64,000 nucleotides of DNA from a candidate division Kazan bacterium GW2011_GWA1_50_15. Lineage in GTDB: Bacteria; Patescibacteriota; Kazan-3B-28. The notes below the pieces were generated by a model, which worked only from the letters and a program-made list of their open reading frames with translations, searched no databases and was not told the DNA's origin. Positions within the stretch are counted from its first letter, which is position 1; each line of letters starts with the position of its first letter. Of the stretch, positions 27,570 through 35,123 are shown in pieces. The stretch covers positions 418,577 to 482,576 of the forward strand of contig CP011216.1 in NCBI GenBank assembly GCA_001029795.1, read 5' to 3'. The position numbers and the translations under genes are program-made.

Positions 27570-28823
27570 TCACTTTCGACTTTTTGCTACCTTTCTGATT
27601 ATCCCCCCACCGATACAGATAGAACCATCATACAGTACCAAGGATTGGCCCGGAGTGAGCGCCCTGACTGGGTTGTGAAATACAAAGTGCCATTCTTTGC
27701 CTTTTTTGTCAAGAGTACCGGCATAAATATCGGGGCCATAGCGGGGTTTGGCAGATAACCCGCCCACTCCGTCATTCCGAACTTGTTTCGGAATCTTCCC
27801 TATCAGATGAGATCCTGAAATAAATTCAGGATGACGAACAAAGTATTTCGGGTCTATCAGGTGGAGATCTTCCAAAATCACTCCCCGACCATAGGTGGCG
27901 CTATCCGGGCCGACTACCACTAGATTTTTCTTGATATCAGTTGAAACAACATATAGCGGGTCTTTTTGACCTGATAAGCCAGCCACCCGCCGCTGGCCGA
28001 CAGTGTAGAACCAAGCCCCCTCATGTTCCCCTACCACCTTGCCATCCAGGTTGACAATTTTGCCATTTTTAGAGGTAATGGCAGTTTTGAGGAACTGTTT
28101 GACATCCACCGGGCCGATAAAGCAGATGCCCTGACTATCTGGTTTGTCAGCCGTGGGGAGTTTAAACTGGCGGGCCAGGGCTCGGACCCGCTTTTTGGGA
28201 TATTGACCGATAGGAAAGAGCGTCTTGGCTAGCTGAGCTTGGGTCAGATTATAGAGAAAATAGGTCTGGTCTTTCACTCCATCAACTCCTTTGAGGAGTT
28301 GATGGACCAAGGTATCTCCTCGGTATCTCGAAGAATCAGATTTTTTGATTCCCCCTCGGTTCCTTGGGGATTCACCATTTGGAATTTGGCATTTGGAATT
28401 TGTCATTGCGCGCTTACGCGCGTAGTGTCCGGTAGCGATAAAGTCGGCGCCCAGAGCAAGAGATTTTTTCAAGAACAGGCCAAACTTTATCTCTTTATTG
28501 CACATCACGTCCGGATTGGGCGTCCGGCCAGTTTTATATTCGGCAAAAAAGTAGTCTAGAACTTGTTTTTTGTACTCGGCTTCAAAATTGAAGGTGTAGT
28601 AGGGGATGCCGAGATGCTGGCAGACGGCGCGCATATCGGCAAAGTCCTGCTCGGCGCTACAAAAAGATCCTGAAACAAGTTCAGGATGACTGGAGTGAGA
28701 GTTTTTTTCGCTCCAGTTCTTCATAAACACTCCGACCACCTTAAAACCCTGCCTCTGAAGCAGCGCGGCGGACACAGATGAGTCCACTCCCCCGCTCATC
28801 GCTACAAACACGGTCTGGGACAT
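27570..28823 (-). CDS. mnmA: tRNA 2-thiouridine(34) synthase MnmA, carrying three in-frame insertions
   Basis: PP-loop AMSGGVDSSV, conserved TPNPDVMCNKEIKF and ICIGGGII blocks; 417 aa versus about 365 typical; extra segments coincide with palindromic repeat elements. Confidence 0.85.
   Translation of the reverse strand: MSQTVFVAMSGGVDSSVSAALLQRQGFKVVGVFMKNWSEKNSHSSHPELVSGSFCSAEQDFADMRAVCQHLGIPYYTFNFEAEYKKQVLDYFFAEYKTGRTPNPDVMCNKEIKFGLFLKKSLALGADFIATGHYARKRAMTNSKCQIPNGESPRNRGGIKKSDSSRYRGDTLVHQLLKGVDGVKDQTYFLYNLTQAQLAKTLFPIGQYPKKRVRALARQFKLPTADKPDSQGICFIGPVDVKQFLKTAITSKNGKIVNLDGKVVGEHEGAWFYTVGQRRVAGLSGQKDPLYVVSTDIKKNLVVVGPDSATYGRGVILEDLHLIDPKYFVRHPEFISGSHLIGKIPKQVRNDGVGGLSAKPRYGPDIYAGTLDKKGKEWHFVFHNPVRALTPGQSLVLYDGSICIGGGIIRKVAKSRK
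27770..27836. repeat. MITE-like palindromic element, copy inside mnmA coding sequence
   Basis: cgtcattccgaacttgtttcggaa...atcctgaaataaattcaggatgacg: terminal inverted repeats cgtcat/atgacg enclosing two short hairpins. Confidence 0.7.
28666..28692. repeat. partial copy of the same palindromic element inside mnmA
   Basis: gatcctgaaacaagttcaggatgac; encodes the HPELVSGS insertion. Confidence 0.65.
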
Positions 28824-28868
28824 AAAAATTACAAGTTAAAAATTAAAAAAATACCGATATTTCTATCC

Positions 28869-28917
28869 CGTCATTCCGGATCCGCCAGCTGGCGGAAATC
28901 CGGAATCCAGAAAATGT
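28869..28917. repeat. intergenic copy/variant of the palindromic element family
   Basis: cgtcattccggatccgccagctggcggaaatccggaatcc: same cgtcattcc terminus, long near-perfect palindrome; further hairpins at 28931-28954 and 28963-28987. Confidence 0.6.
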
Positions 28918-29193
28918 TCTTGTTCTTGTTTGGATCCCCGCTTTCGCGGGGATGAAAGAAAAAGGACGGCCGGGAAATCCGGCCGCCCTGCGTTTGACCT
29001 TAGTTACCGCTCGTTCCTGACATACGGCCCTCCTTTGGCATCTTAAAGATACAAAAATGTGCAACCGTCATGAGAAGACGGCTAGATACTGGATCACCTC
29101 CTCTGGGCCGGGTTGGCCCAAGAATATAAGAGTAAGTGATCTGGCACCGCGCCACCTCCTTTGTAAGAAACATTACGAATTAATTATAGCAGG

Positions 29194-29228
29194 ACAAATA
29201 AAAAGGACGGCTCCAACCCAAGCCGTCC
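29194..29228 (-). terminator. intrinsic terminator downstream of the 96-aa zinc-finger protein gene
   Basis: hairpin ggacggct-ccaaccca-agccgtcc with A-tract on plus strand (U-tract on minus transcript). Confidence 0.7.
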
Positions 29229-29229
29229 A

Positions 29230-29520
29230 TTAGACATTGCACCGCACCACACCCCTAGTGCCGTTGACCAGCCAGTTGCCTGGCTCGTCCAGCATTATTC
29301 GCCCTACGGCGATGTCGGCGGCAAACTCGTGCCAATGGTCAGCACAGAGATAGATATCCTCCTTGAGACCGGTGGACATATTGCCGGACAGCGTCATATA
29401 GGAGTACCGGGCCGCAACGGCTCGAGACGTATCAGTCGCCAGGCCACAGACCTTGCACCTGTGCGTCTCTAGGACAACATTTGTTGCCAGCTTTGGCCTA
29501 GCTAACGTTGTCTCTCTCAT
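29230..29520 (-). CDS. small hypothetical protein with Cys/His zinc-finger-like motifs
   Basis: CKVCG...LCADHWHEF...VRCNV; immediately downstream of the MerR-like gene. Confidence 0.5.
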   Translation of the reverse strand: MRETTLARPKLATNVVLETHRCKVCGLATDTSRAVAARYSYMTLSGNMSTGLKEDIYLCADHWHEFAADIAVGRIMLDEPGNWLVNGTRGVVRCNV

Positions 29521-29545
29521 CTACTCACCACCTCCTTCTGAAGGT

Positions 29546-30061
29546 TCAAAATAGCTTCCACCAGGACCAGGACTTCTTGGGTTGGCTAGGTGGGAAAAGC
29601 AGTAAGGTTAAGTGATCGATCTCACGTTTGAGAGTTCCTTTCAGGTCTTCTCTCATCTCCCGTCTTAAGGAGTGAAGTTCAGAGCCTAAGGAGTTGAGAG
29701 CGATTAGCAGTTTCTCCTTGTACTCCTCATCGAAAGCCGCAGTTGCCTGCTGAACCGGGGCAGTTATCCCCTGCTCAGCGGTTGGGTTTGAAGCGGTAAA
29801 CCCCCGGTTGCTTAGCATGTGTTTGATGCCAGCTTGGGTAAAGAGGCGAGACTCCATCAACCCCTTGATCCGCTCCATCACCTGGACATCCTCAACAGTA
29901 AATGTCCGGTGATTGTACCGGTTGCGATAGTTGGACAAAAACTCCGAGAATCCCCTCTCCCAGTTTCGGACAGTCCCCTCGCTCACATTCAAATACTTGG
30001 CTACCTCCGAAAGTGAGTAGGTCTGCTGGGTATCAACTTGTGGGTTATCCACAATCTCCAT
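29546..30061 (-). CDS. MerR/excisionase-family helix-turn-helix DNA-binding protein
   Basis: N-terminal HTH YSLSEVAKYLNVSEGTVRNWER; ORF-track start 30064 is a TTG, first ATG at 30059-30061; TATAAT about 10 nt upstream suggests a leaderless transcript. Confidence 0.7.
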   Translation of the reverse strand: MEIVDNPQVDTQQTYSLSEVAKYLNVSEGTVRNWERGFSEFLSNYRNRYNHRTFTVEDVQVMERIKGLMESRLFTQAGIKHMLSNRGFTASNPTAEQGITAPVQQATAAFDEEYKEKLLIALNSLGSELHSLRREMREDLKGTLKREIDHLTLLLFPPSQPKKSWSWWKLF

Positions 30062-30111
30062 CAACTTTTGATTATATTTTTATGGTGTAATGATAAATGG
30101 GGATAAATGCC

Positions 30112-30140
30112 TTGACCTACAATGGTGTTGTAGGTATAAA
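30112..30140 (+). promoter_or_regulatory. consensus sigma70 promoter whose 17-bp spacer is a palindromic operator
   Basis: TTGACC (30112-30117), 17-nt spacer tacaatggtgttgtagg, TATAAA (30135-30140); palindrome cctacaatggtgttgtagg 30116-30134; divergent from the MerR-like gene. Confidence 0.6.
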
Positions 30141-31315
30141 ATTATTTACTGCAGCGGATAATCCCTCCGCACCTACAACGGTCTTTCAACTGAGACATAG
30201 AAAAAGATCACGATGGCTAAAATTGTTGCGAGGGTTAACATAGTGTTGTAGGTTACCTACAACACTATTGTAGAAGACCTACAACATAGTTGCAACCCCC
30301 AACATTTTTGCTTACAACATAGTTGCGGGTCAGAAAGGCCTATATATAGTTATATAATATAGTAAAGCGTTTTTCCGAAACATAGGCCTACAACACCCTT
30401 GCAGGCATTTCCCCGTAGGCCTATAACACCCTTGTAGGTGGCCTACAACACTCTGCAAAGTTGTCTACAATTGACTTTCAACCCCGATTTATGTTGTAAT
30501 CACTCAACACCTATGAGGGCGCGTTGGGGATAACTGAAATTTTTAGCCACCTACAACACCGTTGTAGGCTAACAAATATTTATGGAAGCGGAAAAATCGT
30601 TCGCGTCTACAATACTGTTGTAGGTTGGGGCAACGTTGCAGTAGATGATTACACATATTTTGTAATTATTTGTCAATATTTAGTCAGAATTTGTCAAGGG
30701 GTCTTATTCTACCTGTACACAAAAAACACCCCTACTTGGTAGCAGGGGTGGGTGTGCGATGCTTTCCGTTCCAAAAGAAAGCCTATCATGTTCCAGCCCA
30801 ACGGCCGAGATGAACAAAAAAGGAGGGACCGGGCCGAGGCCTTAAGGACGCGAGGAGTTCGCATCCATTATCTCGGTATGGGGCAAAGGAGGAACTCACG
30901 GCCCGGGTCCCAGTGGAGGGGAGGGAATAGTTCCCATCCAAACGTTGAGAAGGTAATCTGTTGTTTACTTTCGCCTGAATGACGAAAACAACATTCGGTG
31001 GGGGAGTGGGACGGCTGGCGCCCCCCAAGAGTTCGCTGTCGTCCCTAAAACTTAATGATCGCCACCCTACAGGATAGTGGGGCGGCCATAATGGCAAGTT
31101 GTTAAGGGACGGGAGGGTTCCATTGTCTCCACAACTGCTAGTGTACGGAATACTTTGTGGGTTGGTCAATGAATTAACTAAAAACGTTAGTTTTGCCGTC
31201 TACACCAATCTGCGACGGCGGGGGAGAGTAGATTGGCATGCCTACAAGGGTGTTGTAGGGATTAAAGTAGCTCTGCGACATCAAAAATCATCCGCGCCTA
31301 CAAGGGTGTTGTAGG
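30116..31315. repeat. cluster of about 14 copies (full and half) of a 19-bp palindrome CCTACAA-N5-TTGTAGG in a non-coding locus
   Basis: near-perfect copies at 30116-30134, 30420-30438, 30550-30568, 30606-30624, 31241-31259, 31297-31315; variants at 30256-30274, 30279-30296, 30311-30329, 30387-30405, 30442-30460; half sites elsewhere; AT-rich tract 30338-30362. Confidence 0.8.
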
Positions 31316-31365
31316 TCTGCGGGGGAACGGTTCAAGGTTAAAAATGATAAGTTGCAGAATTAAGC

Positions 31366-31408
31366 AGGGGGATAAAAAATAAAAAAATCCCGCCCAGGGG
31401 GCGGGACG
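31366..31408 (-). terminator. intrinsic terminator of ndk
   Basis: hairpin tcccgccc-aggg-ggcggga with AAAAAATAAAAAAA on plus strand (long U-tract on minus transcript). Confidence 0.8.
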
Positions 31409-31421
31409 CCTGATGTGAAGT

Positions 31422-31961
31422 TTAGGCTAGTTCCGGGAACCAGAGTTTGATCTCGCGTGCGGCTTCCGGAACTGACTCGGAGGCATGAACAAGATTCTCC
31501 AGCGCCCGACCCTCACCGTTGGCCTTAGCGTAGGAATCAATCCCATAGTCGCCACGGATGGTGCCCTTGTCAGCGTATTCAGGACTGGTAGCGCCTACTA
31601 GATCCCGGATCTTTTGGATGGTGCCCTCCGGGCCCTCGACGATCATAGCCACTACTGGCCCCGAGCCGAGAAAGGTGGCCATCCACTGTCTAATCTGTTT
31701 GCCAACCGCTACCGGATTATCAGAGCCGAAAATCTTGTTGATATCCAGACCCTGCTTCTGATAGCTGGCGACTGTCTTGCTGCCAACACTGGCGTACCAT
31801 GTGTCGGAGTCAGTGTAGTGTCTGAGCGCTAGGTCGCTATCTACCGCCGTCTCCTTTCTAGTGGTAACATTCAACCCAACATCGGTGAATCGCTGGATGA
31901 TCTGATCGACCAACTCCCTTTTGACCCCATCCGGCTTGATCATGACAAAGCTACGTTCCAT
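31422..31961 (-). CDS. ndk: nucleoside diphosphate kinase (with internal insertion)
   Basis: N-terminal ERSFVMIKPDGV, GPVVAMIVEG and active-site NLVHASES (NxxHGSD-type) motifs; 179 aa. Confidence 0.8.
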   Translation of the reverse strand: MERSFVMIKPDGVKRELVDQIIQRFTDVGLNVTTRKETAVDSDLALRHYTDSDTWYASVGSKTVASYQKQGLDINKIFGSDNPVAVGKQIRQWMATFLGSGPVVAMIVEGPEGTIQKIRDLVGATSPEYADKGTIRGDYGIDSYAKANGEGRALENLVHASESVPEAAREIKLWFPELA

Positions 31962-31983
31962 AGCACTCCTCCTAAGGTACAGA

Positions 31984-33255
31984 TTAAAGTCTATAAAATC
32001 TCTTCACCTTGCTTGCGTCTTTGTAAGGGCCGATAACGGTCAAGACTAGCTTGTTATCAGTAAACAGCTTGCGGGCCAATCTTTGGACCTGATCGGTGGT
32101 AACGGCGTGAATCTTGCGTTTCATAGTCTCCACGCTTTCGATCTTGTCGTGGAGCAGGTCCTGCAACCCAAAAGTATACGCCACCTCGTCGGAATGCTCC
32201 AAACCTCGCACCATCCCACCCACCAAGAACTCCTTGGCTTTGGCCAGTTCTTCAATCGGCACTTTACTGCGGGTAATATCCCGAAACTCGTCGAGAATAG
32301 TTTTGATGGCCAGATCGACTCGATTAACGTCCACCCCAGCGCTAGCCACTAAATAACCTGCGTCAGTGTAGTGCTGGGCGGCTGCCCTCACGTAGTAGGC
32401 AAGCCCTAGACGCTCTCTAACGCTCATAAACAGCCGCGAACTCATTCCGCCGCCCAAGATAGCGGCCAGGACCGTAGCGACGTACTTATCGGGATGTGAC
32501 GAGCCGAAGGATGGTACTCCTAAGACTAAATGAGCTTGTTCGGTTTTTTTATAGAGAATTTCGCTCCGCTTAGTTCGCTTGGTCTCACGGTAGAGAGTTG
32601 GTTGGTTCTTCTTGACGGTCTTCTTGTATGGCAAATACTCCTCCACCAATCGCTTAGCTTGAGTGGGAGTAATGTTACCGGCCACCGCCACCACGATATT
32701 GGGAGCCGAGTACAGCCGAGTCCGATAGGCGATAAAGTCCTCTTGTTTAACCGACTTGATCAAGGTCTTAGTCCCGATCGTCGACCAGCCCAGAGGATGA
32801 TCACCAAAAATCAGCCTTTCAAAGTCGTCCCAGATCTTCCGGACCGGGGTATCTTCGTACATGTTGTATTCCTCCAAGATAACACCTCGTTCACGCTCCA
32901 GACCATCGGGGTCGAACTTAGCGTTGAACATCATATCCGAGAGGACATCGAAGGCCACTTCAGTGTGTTCGCGAGCCACTTTGACGTAGTAACCGACGTA
33001 TTCATCGCTGGTAAAGGCGTTGAACTCGCCCCCTATCCTGTCGATAGCTTCGGAGACCTGCCGAGGAGTGGGGTAGCGCTCGCCGCCCTTGAAGAACATA
33101 TGCTCCAGAAAGTGAGCGATACCGTTGATCTCTTTGGTTTCGTATCTGGAACCAGCCCGGACCAAGATCATCACTGTAACCGCTTCGGTGGAGCGCATTG
33201 GTGCTACCACCACACGCATCTTGTTGGGTAGAGTGATTTTTTCTAGCTTAATCAT
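31984..33255 (-). CDS. M16-family zinc peptidase (insulinase-like)
   Basis: inverted zinc motif HFLEHM (HxxEH) near N-terminus; 423 aa. Confidence 0.8.
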   Translation of the reverse strand: MIKLEKITLPNKMRVVVAPMRSTEAVTVMILVRAGSRYETKEINGIAHFLEHMFFKGGERYPTPRQVSEAIDRIGGEFNAFTSDEYVGYYVKVAREHTEVAFDVLSDMMFNAKFDPDGLERERGVILEEYNMYEDTPVRKIWDDFERLIFGDHPLGWSTIGTKTLIKSVKQEDFIAYRTRLYSAPNIVVAVAGNITPTQAKRLVEEYLPYKKTVKKNQPTLYRETKRTKRSEILYKKTEQAHLVLGVPSFGSSHPDKYVATVLAAILGGGMSSRLFMSVRERLGLAYYVRAAAQHYTDAGYLVASAGVDVNRVDLAIKTILDEFRDITRSKVPIEELAKAKEFLVGGMVRGLEHSDEVAYTFGLQDLLHDKIESVETMKRKIHAVTTDQVQRLARKLFTDNKLVLTVIGPYKDASKVKRFYRL

Positions 33256-33265
33256 AGACGTGAAG

Positions 33266-34810
33266 TTATTTAGCTAGTCCTTCGGCGCGAGTTTCCCTGA
33301 TAACCAATACCTTGACCTGACCCGGGTAGGTCATCTCTTTTTCGATCTGGCTAGCTACATTGCGGGCTAGTTTGGCCGCCTCCAGATCGTCTACTTTAGT
33401 TGGTTCTACCATGATCCGTACCTCGCGACCAGCTTGGATGGCGTAGGCTTTGCCAACACCTTCATAGCTTTTTGCGATACGCTCCAGATCTTCTAGGCGT
33501 TTAACAAAGTTCTCCGCCGACTCTCGTCTGGCCCCAGGGCGAGCCGCAGAGATAGCATCAGCCGCCATAGTGATAAAGTCTAGGGGTGATTTGGGCCCGC
33601 CAAAACCTTCATGTGAGGTTTCAAGCGCTTGGATGATCTCTTTTGGCAAACCGTATTTAACGGCGATGTCTCGAGAGAGTTCGGTGTGAGAGCCTTCGTA
33701 CTCGTGATCGAGTGCTTTACCGATGTCGTGCATCAGAGCGGAGAGTTTGGCTATGCGCGTATCTAGACCGATCTGGCTAGCCATCAGCGAGGCCAGATGC
33801 GCCGCTTCGATTGAGTGGCGCAGAACGTTCTGCCCGTAACTGGTGCGGAAGTTCAACCGGCCGATAATCTTGATCAAGTCCGGGTTAAGACCGGTCAGAC
33901 CTAGTTCCAACACAGCATCTTCACCGGCTTTCTTCATCTCCTGCTGGATCTCTTTGTCGGCACGCTCTACCAGCTCTTCGATCCGAGCCGGCTGAATGCG
34001 GCCGTCTTTTAATAGCCGCTCCAATGCTCGTTTGGCGATATGCCGGCGGATGGGGTCAAAACCAGAAATCACTACCGTGTCCGGGGTGTCATCGATGATC
34101 AGGTCAACCCCAGTTGCCTTTTCAAACGCCTGGATGTTGCGGCCTTCCCGCCCGATAATCCGGCCCTTGAGGTCGTCACTGGGCAGCGGCACCGAAAAGG
34201 TCGTCCCCTCGGTGGCAGTGTCGGCAGCGTAGCGCTGAATGGCCTCTGAAACTATCTCCCGAGCCTTATCGTCAGCGTTGTCGCGCGCTTCGCGCTCGAC
34301 CTGCTTGATCAGATTCAAGGCTTCGTCTTTATACTCTTTTTCCAGACGAGCGAAGAGCTGTTCTTTGGCTTCTTCGTGCGGAAGCTTAGCGACTTCTTCT
34401 AATTTTTTCAGCTGATTGTCCCTGATCCGCAGGATCTCTTCTTTAACCTCCTGCACCTCTTTATCTTTGGCGATGATGGCCTCTTTCTGCCTATCGAGGT
34501 CGTCGAGCTTCTTGTCCAGATTCTCATCTTTGGCGATCAACCGCTTCTCTAGATCAGAGAGTTCTGTCCGACGCTCCTTCTCCTCCTTATCGATCCGTTC
34601 GCGAATTTTACTAGCCTCATCGCGGGCGGCCAGCACGAGTTCTTTTTCTTTCTGTTCAGCTTGGGCCAGCTTTTCTTTGGCCTTAGCTAAGATCTTGTCC
34701 GCCTCCTGCTCGGCGTTGTCTACCTTCTGCTTGGTCGAGGTAGTTTTCCACCAGTACCCCAAACCAGCGCCGACAATTGCCGCTAGGACACCGATTAACA
34801 CATTGGTCAT
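33266..34810 (-). CDS. rny: ribonuclease Y
   Basis: N-terminal TM helix, long E/K-rich coiled coil, KH domain GRIIGREGRNIQAFEKATGVDLIIDD, HD domain with MHDIGK. Confidence 0.9.
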   Translation of the reverse strand: MTNVLIGVLAAIVGAGLGYWWKTTSTKQKVDNAEQEADKILAKAKEKLAQAEQKEKELVLAARDEASKIRERIDKEEKERRTELSDLEKRLIAKDENLDKKLDDLDRQKEAIIAKDKEVQEVKEEILRIRDNQLKKLEEVAKLPHEEAKEQLFARLEKEYKDEALNLIKQVEREARDNADDKAREIVSEAIQRYAADTATEGTTFSVPLPSDDLKGRIIGREGRNIQAFEKATGVDLIIDDTPDTVVISGFDPIRRHIAKRALERLLKDGRIQPARIEELVERADKEIQQEMKKAGEDAVLELGLTGLNPDLIKIIGRLNFRTSYGQNVLRHSIEAAHLASLMASQIGLDTRIAKLSALMHDIGKALDHEYEGSHTELSRDIAVKYGLPKEIIQALETSHEGFGGPKSPLDFITMAADAISAARPGARRESAENFVKRLEDLERIAKSYEGVGKAYAIQAGREVRIMVEPTKVDDLEAAKLARNVASQIEKEMTYPGQVKVLVIRETRAEGLAK

Positions 34811-35123
34811 AATCTAACCTCCGCAGTACCAGGAACAAACCACTACGCCCCGAGGGAGCATACTGTTTTTGCTACCTTAAGCCGTCCTTTAAAAGAGAAA
34901 GCTGAATCCGGCCACTTCGAGTACGGGCCGGAAGACGTCGATAAAGGTGACCATCGGATGGGCCAGCAAGGGGATGAGTAGGGCCATTAACCTGGTAATT
35001 TTAAGTGATATGGGGGCTGGAAACTTACCCAAAACTGCCGCCAGCCACCTTCAATTTACGCTTTAATTTGGAGGAGGTCAAACTTGGGTTGGCGAGGCGC
35101 CAAGTTGAGGGCATACTGGACTT

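Noticed and set aside
28843-29064. 73-aa minus-strand ORF
   Set aside because: It lies over the palindromic intergenic element and hairpins upstream of mnmA; not protein-like.
30752-31169. 76-aa (plus) and 127-aa (minus) ORFs in the repeat locus
   Set aside because: Mutually overlapping, Arg/Pro/Ser-rich, no start context; the region is better explained as non-coding or RNA.
30740-31200. Identification of the GC-rich non-coding stretch as RNase P RNA, tmRNA or SRP RNA
   Set aside because: I could not find the conserved P4 (AGGAAAGUCCGGGCUCC / ACAGAACCCGGCUUA), tmRNA tRNA-like ends, or the SRP domain IV motif on either strand; left as an unassigned candidate.
30116-31315. Possible CRISPR array
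   Set aside because: Repeats are short 19-bp palindromes with irregular spacing (6 to over 500 bp) and occur in both orientations; no cas genes in the window.
32530-33231. 233-aa plus-strand ORF
   Set aside because: Antisense to the M16 peptidase gene, which has clear catalytic motifs.
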